A DNA stretch of 28,113 nucleotides from a virus (IMGVR_UViG_3300024308_000054:1-28113), one strand, 5' to 3'. Counted from the first letter of the stretch, positions 1-9,418 are shown. Made by a program: numbers and translations. Notes: generated by a model from the sequence alone, not told the origin.

Positions 1-411
1 GCCGGTGATTCGCCAGTCGATGTCCTCGTCGTACTCAGTGCCACCGATGGCCACCTTGGTGATTTCCAGCGGCATCAGGGCCAGGGCGGTGGTCTGGCCA
101 ACGCCGAGCACGACCTCCTCGCCGGTTACCGCAGTGCTTGGCACTTCGGCGATGTCGGCATACAGGGCATTGGCCAGGTTGCGGGAGTTGATCTCGCGCA
201 GCGCCATGGTGAGGAAGAAGCGGTCCACCCGGGCGAAGGTGTCATAGGTACCACCCTGCGGAGTGGTGGTGTCTTGCAGGCGAATCTCGGTCTGCTCGAT
301 CTGCTCTTGGGCAGTAGAGACCAGTCCGATGAAGTCGGTCGGCGCGCGGCCACCGGCCTTACCCAGTTTGAAGCGGCCGCCGATCAGGGCGGTTTCTTTG
401 ACTTTCGGCAT
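1..411 (-). CDS. Major tail (tube) protein, 5' part (runs off the window)
   Basis: Manually translated open frame from ATG at 411 (MPKVKETALIGGRFKLG...GGTYDTFARVDRFFLTMALREINSRNLANALY...); lies directly after the tail-terminator-like gene. Confidence 0.7.
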   Translation of the reverse strand, partial: MPKVKETALIGGRFKLGKAGGRAPTDFIGLVSTAQEQIEQTEIRLQDTTTPQGGTYDTFARVDRFFLTMALREINSRNLANALYADIAEVPSTAVTGEEVVLGVGQTTALALMPLEITKVAIGGTEYDEDIDWRITG

Positions 412-421
412 GGTAGTGCCC

Positions 422-892
422 TCAGTAGTCGATGGAGTCGACGAAGGTGATGATGTGGATGGGGATCAGCACGGTTGCGGCCGGAAGGCCCTCGCCGGGC
501 GGTACAGGTTCGGGTGCCCCAACGGTGAGGTTCGGCGCCATCTTCGGCAGCCACTCTGGAGGCACGCCCTCGGTCGGCGTCAGGCACTGGAGCAAATCCA
601 GCTCGATGTCCTCGATCGCCTCTTCATAGCCATCCAGCCCCGCCGTGACGGCACCGATGACGGTGAAGCCGGTCAGCATCCGCAACGCATTGCCGCCGCC
701 CTTGGGCTCCTTGCCCTTGGCGCGCTGCACAACCACCATTCCGGTGGCCGGCACGGCATCGGCCTTGGTGATCTCACTGAACCAGCCGGCCCTCACCAGG
801 CCGCCGATATCCGTTCGGTAGCCGCTGCTGGTACGGATGGTCTCCAGCCGGGCAATCAGCGCCTGGCGCACTTCTGTGATGACGTTGCTCAT
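422..892 (-). CDS. Tail terminator / gpU-like protein
   Basis: 156 aa; 'IARLETIRTSSGYRTDIG' N-terminus typical of tail terminators; position before the tail tube gene. Confidence 0.65.
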   Translation of the reverse strand: MSNVITEVRQALIARLETIRTSSGYRTDIGGLVRAGWFSEITKADAVPATGMVVVQRAKGKEPKGGGNALRMLTGFTVIGAVTAGLDGYEEAIEDIELDLLQCLTPTEGVPPEWLPKMAPNLTVGAPEPVPPGEGLPAATVLIPIHIITFVDSIDY

Positions 893-1206
893 GGCTGCAC
901 CATGCAGGCTGCGGTGACCATGTGGCCGTCGTCGGCGATGATCTGCTCAACGACCAAGCGCTCACCGGAGAAGGTGAAGACACCTCCCCGCTCAGCGGCA
1001 GCGAGTTGGCATTTGCGCCAGCTCACACCCACCGAGTCAGAGGGAAACATGCCATCAGGGCCAGCCTGCATCAGGTTGCGGTCGATGATCACCGTGAGCC
1101 CCTGAAACACCAGCGTGCCATTCTGGCCCTGGTAATCCGCGCAGCCGTCGTTCAGGTGCGCGACCACACGCTCATGCATGCGGTCACGCATTGCTGCCCA
1201 GGCCAT
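889..1206 (-). CDS. Head-tail joining (gpFII-like) protein
   Basis: 105 aa beta-rich protein; synteny; ATGA overlap with the next gene. Confidence 0.65.
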   Translation of the reverse strand: MAWAAMRDRMHERVVAHLNDGCADYQGQNGTLVFQGLTVIIDRNLMQAGPDGMFPSDSVGVSWRKCQLAAAERGGVFTFSGERLVVEQIIADDGHMVTAACMVQP

Positions 1207-1209
1207 GGC

Positions 1210-1560
1210 TTAGGCAGTTACCGCGTGGCCCAGCGAGCCGTTGAGGCGCACGCGGCCGGTGCCGGACGGGTTGGCTGCATCCGCCGTGGCCACGCCCACT
1301 AGGTAGTTGCCGGTGCCTGGCACGTTGGTGAGCAGGCCGCTGGCGGCGATGGCGTAGATGGGGTTGCCGGCCGTCCAGGCCTGGGCGCTGGTTTTCGGCA
1401 GGTCGAACACGCCGGTGGTTTTGATTTCCACCTCTTCGCCAATGGCGGCGTCAGTGGCTGCCACGCCGATCAGGCTGTTGACGCGTACCAGTTGGCCGCT
1501 GGTGATGGCGGCGGCAGCGATGACGGTGATCATGTCGCCGTGCTGTACGAAGTTCTTCAT
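1210..1560 (-). CDS. DUF2190-family capsid-associated protein
   Basis: MKNFVQHGD...AAITSGQLV...GVAATDAAIGEEV...TGVFDLPK signature; GAGGA RBS before ATG 1560; follows the capsid gene. Confidence 0.8.
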   Translation of the reverse strand: MKNFVQHGDMITVIAAAAITSGQLVRVNSLIGVAATDAAIGEEVEIKTTGVFDLPKTSAQAWTAGNPIYAIAASGLLTNVPGTGNYLVGVATADAANPSGTGRVRLNGSLGHAVTA

Positions 1561-1594
1561 GGTGCGTTCCTCGAATAGGGAGTGCAGAAACACC

Positions 1595-1616
1595 GAGGGC
1601 GCCATCAGGCGCCCTC
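1595..1616 (-). terminator. Hairpin after the capsid gene (attenuator / partial terminator)
   Basis: GAGGGCGCC-ATCA-GGCGCCCTC perfect 9-bp stem; only a weak U-tract on the minus strand. Confidence 0.55.
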
Positions 1617-1635
1617 AGAGTCGGTGCGGTACGGG

Positions 1636-3615
1636 TTAAGCGCCTGCGTTCTTGTAGGCGCCGCGGTAATCAATCCAGCCGGCACCGAACACCAGGCGGG
1701 CCTTGATCTCCATGCCATCCACCTCGAAGCCCTCGCGGGTCTCGGTGAACACGCCCTGCTCGCCTTCCAGGTAGGCGTACTCGAAGGTATCGACCAGGCC
1801 AGGAGCGGCGTAGAGGTACCACTGGTTGCCAGTGATACGGGCGTCGACGATCACGGTCAGCGAGGTGTTGCGGGCGTCGTTGATGTCAGCGTTCTTGGCC
1901 GGGACGTACTGGGAGCTGGTGAACTGGAAGGCTTCCAGCTCTTTATCCGGGCCGACGACCAGGAACTGCGGGCCGATGTTGAGGTAGTGGCCTGCCTTGG
2001 ACTTCTGCTTGCGCATAGCGGCGCGGGCGGCGGCCAGGGTGGTGGTGTTGATTGCGCCTGCGCTGCCGGCCAGGTTGCCGTGGTTGGCGTGGAATACCGC
2101 AGTGCCATCCACGAAGTTCGGGTTGCTCAGCAGCAGATCCCACACCAGGTCAGATTCGGTTTGCGCCGCAGCGGCACCGAGCGCCTGCGGGACACGGGTC
2201 AGGGCGGACAGATCGTCGTTGACGATCGATTCCCAGGTGATGGCGATGATCTTGCCGAACTTGGCGACCTTGATCGGTGCGCCCTCTTCACCCAGGGAGC
2301 CGTACTTGTACTCGCCGTGCTCGTTAACCTTCTCCAGCGCAGAGATGTCGCCCAGGGCAACGCGGGTCACTTCGCGGAAGTCGGGCACGGTGGTCTGACG
2401 GCCCAGCGGGCGCCAGGTTTGCGGGGCCAGCTCATAGCCAGCGCGCAGGGTGCGGTTGACGGTGCTGCCCAGCAGCAGCGGGAAGTCACTGGTGGTGTGC
2501 ATGCCGGCCGCGCGGAACGCCTGGCGGTCACAGCCCAGGGCGGCGCGGGCCACTTCCTGCGGGGTCATGCCGCGCACGTTGCCGCCGACCAGTTCCACGC
2601 TTTCGCGGGCCATGTCGATCAGGCGCATGCCACGGAACTCGCGGCCCGCTTCTTCGAGCTTCACGCTCGGATCGCAGCGGTGCAACAGGGCATTGAGCAT
2701 GGCGCCGCGCTTGGCGGTGATCACAGCCATGTCAACGGCGCCGGTCACCACGGTGGGCTGTGCGCTACGGCTGTTGCCGTTGTTCTCGGCCAGCTTTTCC
2801 AGCAGCTCGACGCTGGCCTGTTCGGCGGTCAGGCCGCGGGCGATCATGTCGTCGGCGGCATCCTGCAGGCCCACCTTGGCCGCCATCTGGCGGATGGTGG
2901 TTGCGCGGGTGCGCTCGGCGGCGGTGGCTTCGGAGCGGATCTTGTCCTCGGCCGCGCGGATTTCTTCGTCGGTCATCACTATTTCCTCTTGGGTGGTGGC
3001 CACGGCGGCCGGCTGTTCGGCAGGCTGTTCAGCCTCCCGTGTTTCGAAAAGGGTGGGGAATCGTTGGCCTTGATAGTCGGCCGGGGTTTTCGCGCTGCGC
3101 ACCTTGGCGCCGTCGTCGAAACCGATTGGCACCAGGGAAAGCTCGGTTGGCTCCCAATCCTCGGCGCGGTAGACGGGCACCATGTCTTCGCCGTCTTCCA
3201 CCAGCACATAGCGGTGCACGATGTAGCCGACGCTGATGTTGCGCAGGATGCCGTCCTTCACGTCGCGGAAGATCGGATCGACGTCTTCGCGGGAGCTGAA
3301 GCGAACAATGGCCCGCCCCTCGGTGCCTTCAAGCCAGGCGCGCTCGACCACACCGATAACGTCGTCGAGGTCCCACTGGCCGTGGGCGTTGAGGAAAGGC
3401 GCGCCATTGTTCAGGCGCTCCATGCGGATGGCGGCAGGGCTGACTTCCAGCTCCTCTTGGTACTCGCCAATCGACCAGCTCCAGCGCTTACCGCGAGAGC
3501 CGGTTGTCCAGGTGATTTCTACGGTGCGCTGCTCGATATCCACGGTGCCCGGGCGCACGGCGGCGCGCAGGCTGAGCATTGGTGTCTCAAGCTTCTGCGT
3601 CTGCATTGCTGTCAT
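1636..3615 (-). CDS. Prohead protease-scaffold-major capsid fusion protein
   Basis: 659 aa; N-terminal HK97-type protease motifs (PFLNAH, NISVGY, ELSLVP); helical Ala/Glu-rich linker; C-terminal capsid region (HTTSDFP, VPDFR, GEYKYG, WESIVNDDL, IDYRG). Confidence 0.88.
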   Translation of the reverse strand: MTAMQTQKLETPMLSLRAAVRPGTVDIEQRTVEITWTTGSRGKRWSWSIGEYQEELEVSPAAIRMERLNNGAPFLNAHGQWDLDDVIGVVERAWLEGTEGRAIVRFSSREDVDPIFRDVKDGILRNISVGYIVHRYVLVEDGEDMVPVYRAEDWEPTELSLVPIGFDDGAKVRSAKTPADYQGQRFPTLFETREAEQPAEQPAAVATTQEEIVMTDEEIRAAEDKIRSEATAAERTRATTIRQMAAKVGLQDAADDMIARGLTAEQASVELLEKLAENNGNSRSAQPTVVTGAVDMAVITAKRGAMLNALLHRCDPSVKLEEAGREFRGMRLIDMARESVELVGGNVRGMTPQEVARAALGCDRQAFRAAGMHTTSDFPLLLGSTVNRTLRAGYELAPQTWRPLGRQTTVPDFREVTRVALGDISALEKVNEHGEYKYGSLGEEGAPIKVAKFGKIIAITWESIVNDDLSALTRVPQALGAAAAQTESDLVWDLLLSNPNFVDGTAVFHANHGNLAGSAGAINTTTLAAARAAMRKQKSKAGHYLNIGPQFLVVGPDKELEAFQFTSSQYVPAKNADINDARNTSLTVIVDARITGNQWYLYAAPGLVDTFEYAYLEGEQGVFTETREGFEVDGMEIKARLVFGAGWIDYRGAYKNAGA

Positions 3616-5128
3616 TGGTCTGGCTCTCTTCGGTAGTGGGCGCCGGGTCGACGTCCGTCGATGGGATTACGGTGTCGCGCGGCCGGGCCTGGGTCAGGCC
3701 AGCGTTGGAGACTTTGCGCGGGTCGCAGTCGAGCACCAGGCCCAGTTCATCAAACAGCTTGTTGGCCTTGGCGATTTCGTTGGCGTGCTCGAGCGGATCG
3801 GTGATGCCGAGTTCACGCAGCGCGTTGGGCCAGGTCAGCAGCCCCTGGCGCAGCCGCTCCTTGACGTTCTCTGTCTCGGTTTTCGGATCGACCATTTCGC
3901 GGCGTGGGGGCACCCACTCCGCGCCGGCAGACTCCAGCACTCCGCCCTGCGTGAGGGCTTGGGCCTCGATGAACCAGCCCCACACGCGCTCGCACAGCTG
4001 CGGAATCAACATGCGCCACTGCCACACGTCCACCCGGCGGGCGAAGTGCAGCCAGCCCATGCGGCCGCTGGAGAAGTTCACGCCTTTGAGGTCGCCTGTC
4101 AGCAACTCGTAGGGCACGCCCAGTCCAACCGCAATGGCGTGCAGGGCCTGCCAGGAATAGGTGGTGTAGCCGTTGAACGTGGGCGGCGCGGCGAACTTGA
4201 CGTCTTCGCCGATGCCCAGCTCCTGAATGATGCCGGGCTCCATGCGCTCGATCAGCGCCGGGCGCTTGGAGTTGCTACCGTCGCCAGCAGTAACGAAGGC
4301 AGAGAAGCAGGCGGCAATCTTCGCCTGCTCCATCACAGCATCTTCCATCTCGTCGAAGTTGCGCAGGCGCTGCATGGCCGGCGCCAACCAGGTGTAGCCG
4401 CGGGCCTGGCCTGGGCGGCGACCTAGGAAGATGTGCGCCACGTCCTCAGCTGGAATACGGCGAGACTGCGAAGACACGAGGCCGGTGGATGCGCCGGGGT
4501 GTTCATCGAACAGCCAGTAGGCGACACGCCGCCCAATGGCGTCGAACTCAACGCCCTGAATGATCAGGTTGTTGCCGCTGGGGCCGTTCTTGCCCTCGTC
4601 GAGAAAGTCCGGCTCCAGCACCTGCAGCTGCATGGGCACTGGCAAGCCATCACCCGCCTTGCGCCAGCGGCGGCGCACCAGGCACTCGCCAGCCTCGGCT
4701 ACGGTTTCCATGATCTTGTGCTGCAGGCCGTAGAAGTTCTCCAGGCCATCCGCATCGCAGGCCATGGTTTCGCCCCAGGCCTTCCAGCTGGCGGCCAGCT
4801 TCTTGTTGGCACGATTACTGGCAGCCATGGGGCGCGGGACGATGCCGGCGCCGACCACGTTATCCGCGATGCCTGAAATGCCGCGATCCGCATAGGGGTT
4901 GTTGCGGCGCAGGTCGCGAGCGCGGTTGCGCAGGCGGCTCAGGGCCGGGCCAATCTCGGCGTTGGCATCGCTGCCATGGGCCTGCCAGCCGTCATTGCGG
5001 CGCCCGCCGGCGGCGCCTTCGAAGCGGCGGCTCATAGCTGCAGCCACCATATCGGCGCGCAGCTTGCGGACACGGGCTTCCGACCGTTTCGCGGAGTAGC
5101 CGGGAAACAGTGAATCGAACCAACCCAT
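3587..5128 (-). CDS. Portal protein, lambda gpB family
   Basis: 513 aa; LRNRARDLRRNNPYA, GVEFDAIGRRVAYW, RPGQARG, VNFSSGR and VDPKTE motifs. Confidence 0.92.
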   Translation of the reverse strand: MGWFDSLFPGYSAKRSEARVRKLRADMVAAAMSRRFEGAAGGRRNDGWQAHGSDANAEIGPALSRLRNRARDLRRNNPYADRGISGIADNVVGAGIVPRPMAASNRANKKLAASWKAWGETMACDADGLENFYGLQHKIMETVAEAGECLVRRRWRKAGDGLPVPMQLQVLEPDFLDEGKNGPSGNNLIIQGVEFDAIGRRVAYWLFDEHPGASTGLVSSQSRRIPAEDVAHIFLGRRPGQARGYTWLAPAMQRLRNFDEMEDAVMEQAKIAACFSAFVTAGDGSNSKRPALIERMEPGIIQELGIGEDVKFAAPPTFNGYTTYSWQALHAIAVGLGVPYELLTGDLKGVNFSSGRMGWLHFARRVDVWQWRMLIPQLCERVWGWFIEAQALTQGGVLESAGAEWVPPRREMVDPKTETENVKERLRQGLLTWPNALRELGITDPLEHANEIAKANKLFDELGLVLDCDPRKVSNAGLTQARPRDTVIPSTDVDPAPTTEESQTNDSNADAEA

Positions 5129-5129
5129 A

Positions 5130-5339
5130 TCAGTAGCCCTTGGAGAATGAGGCGTAGCGCCGGCCAGACTGGCCAGCAGGTGCGGTGTCTGGCAGCAGCT
5201 CGGCTTCCATCAGCTTCAGGATGCGGATCATCTCGTCGATGCTGCGGTAGGTAACGCTGCGGTCGGCATAGCGCACGGACAGCTCACCGCCAGCAATGGC
5301 TGCTTTCAGCGTGTCGTACTGTTCCTGGGTGTAGGCCAT
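5130..5339 (-). CDS. Head-tail adaptor, gpW-like
   Basis: 69 aa; 'LKAAIAGGELSVRYADRSVTYRSIDEM'; lies between terminase and portal. Confidence 0.85.
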   Translation of the reverse strand: MAYTQEQYDTLKAAIAGGELSVRYADRSVTYRSIDEMIRILKLMEAELLPDTAPAGQSGRRYASFSKGY

Positions 5340-7288
5340 CAGCGTTTCCAGTATTTCGACTTCGCCCGTGGGCGGTCTTCGGTGTCGGCAGCAGAGTCGC
5401 CGCCGGGTTGCGGTTGTGCGGCAAGCAGGTCCAGGTCGAGCCCGAACCGTTGCTGGCTGATCCTCAGTGCGGCCAGCGCACCCACGAAGCAGTCGAGCGC
5501 CTCGTTGCGGCGGCCCTGGTTGTCCCAGCGCAGCACGCGCTTGCCGCCGGTGACCTTGGGCACCTTGACCTCTGCAGTCAGCTGGCGGACTTCGCTCTCA
5601 TCGCATACGTCGTCGTTGGCTGGCAGGTGGATCACACCAGGCTGCGCCTCGCCTGCCTGCGACTTAGCCGTGTCCAGGGCCAGCTTCAGCCGGCTGTAGA
5701 TCAGCTCCTTCGCGTTATCCGTACCGATCTCGGTCAGATAGACCTTGCTCTTGGCGTTCTTGGTGCGCGGCATGCTGGCGATGGGCTTGCCGTACACGTT
5801 CGCGCCCTTGGTTGGGATCACCCAAAGCACGCCGTGTTTACGGCTCTCTCCATACACCTCGTCGGTGTAATGGCCGCCGGAGTCCCAGGCCCAGCGGTCT
5901 ACCTTCATCAGCAGGCCATCAGCCCTGGCGAACTGGCGTTGCAGCTCTATGCCAACTTTGCGCCGTAGCTCCTCGCTGGCGGGGTCGCCCATCAGGATGA
6001 AGCGATGGACCAGCCAGACCTCCTCGCCCGGCCCCCAGGCCCATACCCGTCCTTCGTAGCGGTCGTCCTGGGTATCGATGCCACCCGTCAGCAGTACTGC
6101 GCGCTGCGGAACCTGCGCGGCCCATACCTCGCGGCGGCCATACAGGGCATCCCATTCGACCTTGTCCTGCGTCTCTTCCCACACCTCGCCGAGCGTGGTG
6201 TTGGTGAAGGTGATCAGCTTTTCCCGGTCGCCTTTGATCTTCAGGAACTCGGTGGCGATCTTCAGCCAGGTGGACCAGGTGCTGTAGATGGCCCAGCAGT
6301 AGAAAGCGATCGAGCGTGGCGTGCGGATCGGTTCGCCTTCAGCGTCGAACCAGTCCATCGAGTCGCGCGTCCAGATGCCGGTCACCTCGCAGATCCAGCG
6401 GCCGGCGCGCGAAGCCTCCACCATGTCAGGATGGAAGAAGCAGGCCTTGCAGTGCTCGCAGAGATACCAGGCTTTAACCGGCTCGCCGAGCGCGTCCTTC
6501 TCCCACTTGAGCCCGTAGTCGCAATCCTTGCCGCCGAACTTGAGCGTCTGCTCGCCGCGGCAATGCGGGCACTCGATGTGAAAGCGAAGGCGGATCGGTG
6601 ACTCACTGGCCGCCTTACTGACCTGGCAGGTGCCGGCCTTTTTCGGCGTCGAGCCGCGAATCGACTTCGGGTATACGGCGCCATCCAGGCGCTTGTCGCC
6701 GAGGGTGACCGGATCGCCCTCGCCTTCCACGTCGGCGTCGAAGTTCGACAGCTCGTCGTAGATGACCTCATCGGCCGACTTCTCGCGATAGTTGCGCGAG
6801 GCCTTGCCGCCGCGCACCCACAGCGTTTTGCGGTTGGCGAACACCTTCTGGTCGAGGGTGTTGTCGCTGTGCTTGCGGCCGAACCAGGGGGCCAGCTCGC
6901 GCACCACCGGCACGTCCCGAATCAGTCCGTTGACGTGGCTTTTGCTGATGTCCTCGGCGTCCGGGTCGGTCGGCGACCACATCATGACGTTGCGGCGCTT
7001 GTGCTGGACCTTGTAGCCGATGTTGGCCAGCAGCAACTTGGTGTAGCCGATCCGCGCCGACTTCACGAAATTCACGACCGCGATCAGGTCGTTGCCCATC
7101 GCGTTGAGGATGGCGATCTGGAACGGGTCAGTCGTCCACTTGCCCTCGTTATACGAGGACTCCGACGACATGTAGAAATGCTTGTCCGCCCACTCTACCG
7201 CCGTCAGCGGGGGCTCTTTGTAGAGCGACTGCAGCCCAAGACTGACCGCCTTGCCGAGGTCACGGATCCAGGGTTGCGAGATACTCAT
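5339..7288 (-). CDS. Terminase large subunit, lambda gpA family
   Basis: 649 aa; Walker A KSARIGYTK, Walker B VIYDE, GSTP coupling motif, CPHC/CEHC Zn motif, nuclease motifs GGIDTQD and RNEALD. Confidence 0.95.
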   Translation of the reverse strand: MSISQPWIRDLGKAVSLGLQSLYKEPPLTAVEWADKHFYMSSESSYNEGKWTTDPFQIAILNAMGNDLIAVVNFVKSARIGYTKLLLANIGYKVQHKRRNVMMWSPTDPDAEDISKSHVNGLIRDVPVVRELAPWFGRKHSDNTLDQKVFANRKTLWVRGGKASRNYREKSADEVIYDELSNFDADVEGEGDPVTLGDKRLDGAVYPKSIRGSTPKKAGTCQVSKAASESPIRLRFHIECPHCRGEQTLKFGGKDCDYGLKWEKDALGEPVKAWYLCEHCKACFFHPDMVEASRAGRWICEVTGIWTRDSMDWFDAEGEPIRTPRSIAFYCWAIYSTWSTWLKIATEFLKIKGDREKLITFTNTTLGEVWEETQDKVEWDALYGRREVWAAQVPQRAVLLTGGIDTQDDRYEGRVWAWGPGEEVWLVHRFILMGDPASEELRRKVGIELQRQFARADGLLMKVDRWAWDSGGHYTDEVYGESRKHGVLWVIPTKGANVYGKPIASMPRTKNAKSKVYLTEIGTDNAKELIYSRLKLALDTAKSQAGEAQPGVIHLPANDDVCDESEVRQLTAEVKVPKVTGGKRVLRWDNQGRRNEALDCFVGALAALRISQQRFGLDLDLLAAQPQPGGDSAADTEDRPRAKSKYWKR

Positions 7289-7805
7289 CGAGGTATTCCG
7301 GGAGGTAGTCGCCGAACTGCGCGGCGATGTTCCGCGCCAGGGCGATCTCCCGCTCCATGGTTTCCAGCAGCAGCGGATCGATCTCCGGGTGCCGACGGCT
7401 CACGGTCTTCCCCACGGTCTCCAGTTTCGAGCCGATCTGGGCGGCGATCTTGGCCAGCGCATAGGTGGCAAACGTCACCGGCACGAGGACCTTCTCGTTG
7501 ACCCGGTTCTTCTGTTCCTGAGCATCTGCCTGAGCTGTTGTCAGTCTCAGGCGCTCCTTCAGCAGCTCCTTCTCGATCTGGCGATCAGAACCTTCACCAT
7601 CGGGGTCGTCAGGTTGTTGCTTCCGCAGAGCATGTTCGACGCGGTTTTGCAGTACGTCCTGCACTCGGTAGAACGCCTCTCGACCGATGCGGGTAATCGG
7701 TTCGACGCCCCATTTCTCAAAGGCTTGCGGGGAAATACCGAGACTTTTGGCCATCTCGGATTTGTTTAACCATCCCGGCTGCCTGGTTGTTTCGTTCTTG
7801 GCCAT
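7260..7805 (-). CDS. Terminase small subunit, Nu1-like
   Basis: 181 aa from ATG 7805; N-terminal wHTH (LNKSEMAKSLGISPQAFEKW); 'ERLRLTTAQADAQEQKN' coiled coil; overlaps the gpA start as in lambda. Confidence 0.88.
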   Translation of the reverse strand: MAKNETTRQPGWLNKSEMAKSLGISPQAFEKWGVEPITRIGREAFYRVQDVLQNRVEHALRKQQPDDPDGEGSDRQIEKELLKERLRLTTAQADAQEQKNRVNEKVLVPVTFATYALAKIAAQIGSKLETVGKTVSRRHPEIDPLLLETMEREIALARNIAAQFGDYLPEYLDEYLATLDP

Positions 7806-7825
7806 GACTAAACAACAACCAACCT

Positions 7826-7899
7826 CCGGAAAAACCTCATACATAGTGGAAAGGCGAGGCTCGAATTACCCTCATAGGCCACCCCACCGGGGAGGACCC
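7826..7899 (-). other. cos packaging site (cosQ-cosN-I2-like)
   Basis: Minus strand: GGGTCCT (7899-7893, identical to lambda cosQ), 22 nt, then GAG|GGTAATTCGAGC|CTC with dyad flanks, then CACTATGTATGAGGTTTTTCCGG resembling lambda CGCTATTTATGAAAATTTTCCGG; just upstream of nu1. Confidence 0.8.
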
Positions 7900-7916
7900 A
7901 AAGCCATAGGCCAAGC

Positions 7917-8705
7917 CTATCGACCACGCCTCGTAGCCAGCGCCTGAGCCATGGCTTTCTCGAACTCGATAGCTAGCGCGGCCTCTGCCGATCGCTCTGC
8001 GATGGCGAACCAGTCCAGTGCCTTGCGGTATGAGGGTCGACCAGTGAAGGCCAGCACGACGCGCAGTCCAGCCCGCCCTGTGCTTGTTCTCTCAGCCACA
8101 GCGAACGGCTTGCGGTTCCTGTCGTACATGACGAAGTAGCGATTGCCATTGCCCTTGGCTCGGCTGCGCCTGCTTCCCGTGGCGTTGGCGCTGTAGCCCT
8201 CCTGGGTGAACAGCTTGGCGCCCGAGAGGATCTTGTTCAGCTGGCCTCGGCTCACGTTGCCGTACTGGTCGAGCGGCAGCTTGTCGCCCGGCATCACGTA
8301 TTGACCTTGGCCCAGCACACCACGCCGCCTGAGCAGCGCCTCAATACCCTTGTCGTCTCGCGGGCCACCGAACACCTCTGGTGTCAGCCACTTGATAGCT
8401 GCCCTGCCTTTGCCCCATGCACCCTGCCTGCCCACCAACTGGCCACCAGCTCCTGAGCTGAGCCCATCCTTGATCCAGACACGGGCCTCCATCTTCTGCT
8501 TGGTGGCAGGCTGGATGAACAGACTGTCGAGGGTGGCCGGTGTAGGCCTGTCGAACACCACCTGCATCTGCATGCGCAGATCACCTGCGACCACCTGTGC
8601 AGTGCGGGTCAGCGCGAGGGCGGCGGCGAACGGCAGCTGCTCACGCTCCAGGCGATCCAGGGTCTGCAGGCGCTCCCGCAGTCCGCTGAACGTCACGCTG
8701 ATCAT
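7917..8705 (-). CDS. Basic phage protein, probable tail completion / gpZ(Neck1)-like
   Basis: 262 aa from ATG 8705 (ATGA overlap with the upstream gene); 'QLPFAAALALTRTAQ...FDRPTP' N-terminus; Arg/Gly-rich. Confidence 0.55.
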   Translation of the reverse strand: MISVTFSGLRERLQTLDRLEREQLPFAAALALTRTAQVVAGDLRMQMQVVFDRPTPATLDSLFIQPATKQKMEARVWIKDGLSSGAGGQLVGRQGAWGKGRAAIKWLTPEVFGGPRDDKGIEALLRRRGVLGQGQYVMPGDKLPLDQYGNVSRGQLNKILSGAKLFTQEGYSANATGSRRSRAKGNGNRYFVMYDRNRKPFAVAERTSTGRAGLRVVLAFTGRPSYRKALDWFAIAERSAEAALAIEFEKAMAQALATRRGR

Positions 8706-9001
8706 GTCTTCGGCTGGCCGCGGCGCTCGCGCCCACTCCACTGCCAGTCGCGCTCGATCATGTCCTGGTAGTGCGTGGCAGCGTGCACCACGATGCCCAA
8801 GTGCAGCAGGACAGCCCAAGGGGATGGGACTCTGCCATCTACTAAGCCCAACAGAATGCCGAAGGCCCCGATAGCGACCATGTAGACTGCGATGCAGGCA
8901 ACCGGGTGACGCAGTATGTATGTGGCGCGCAGATAGTCCATCGCAGCCAGCAAGATCAGCGCACAGAGAGCTGCATCCATGCCAGCAAGTACGGAAGACA
9001 T
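8702..9001 (-). CDS. Small membrane protein, putative holin/antiholin
   Basis: 99 aa; three hydrophobic segments and a charged C-terminus; second gene of the late operon. Confidence 0.55.
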   Translation of the reverse strand: MSSVLAGMDAALCALILLAAMDYLRATYILRHPVACIAVYMVAIGAFGILLGLVDGRVPSPWAVLLHLGIVVHAATHYQDMIERDWQWSGRERRGQPKT

Positions 9002-9002
9002 A

Positions 9003-9311
9003 TCAAGCCCCCCACATGCCCAGCAGGCGGATGGCGGCAGCCTTCACTGCAGGGATCAGGTTCATGGCCAGCAGGCCGATCAGGAACGCCACCCCATAGC
9101 CTGACTCAACGTCAGCGGGCAGCTCGAAGTACGCAACAGCCAATGGGCCGGTAGCCTGGGATGCAATAAACCCGGTGAGCACAGCAATAGCCGCCTGCTT
9201 GCGGGTCAGATCCTTCAGGAACGACAGAGACAGAATCGACCCAACAAAGCCGAAGAACACTGCGCCGTACTTGGCGAGGAATGCGCCAATCGCGGTCGAT
9301 GTCGGTTCCAT
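9003..9311 (-). CDS. Putative holin
   Basis: 102 aa from ATG 9311 (MEPTSTAIG...); three predicted TM segments; first gene after the late promoter/terminator. Confidence 0.65.
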   Translation of the reverse strand: MEPTSTAIGAFLAKYGAVFFGFVGSILSLSFLKDLTRKQAAIAVLTGFIASQATGPLAVAYFELPADVESGYGVAFLIGLLAMNLIPAVKAAAIRLLGMWGA

Positions 9312-9387
9312 CGGGTTCTCTCTCGAATAAAACGCCGGCAGGGTCACCGGCAGAGGGCGCAGTCTGGGGAGAGCTGCGCGGAGCAGA

Positions 9388-9418
9388 AACGAAAAAGCCC
9401 AGCTCGATGGCTGGGCTT
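9388..9418 (-). terminator. tR'-like intrinsic terminator
   Basis: Minus strand AAGCCCAGC-CATCGA-GCTGGGCTT followed by TTTCGTTT, about 40-70 nt downstream of the late promoter. Confidence 0.8.

Noticed and set aside
1582-3636. 684-aa + strand ORF
   Set aside because: Antisense shadow of the capsid fusion gene; expected from high GC3 codon bias; no motifs
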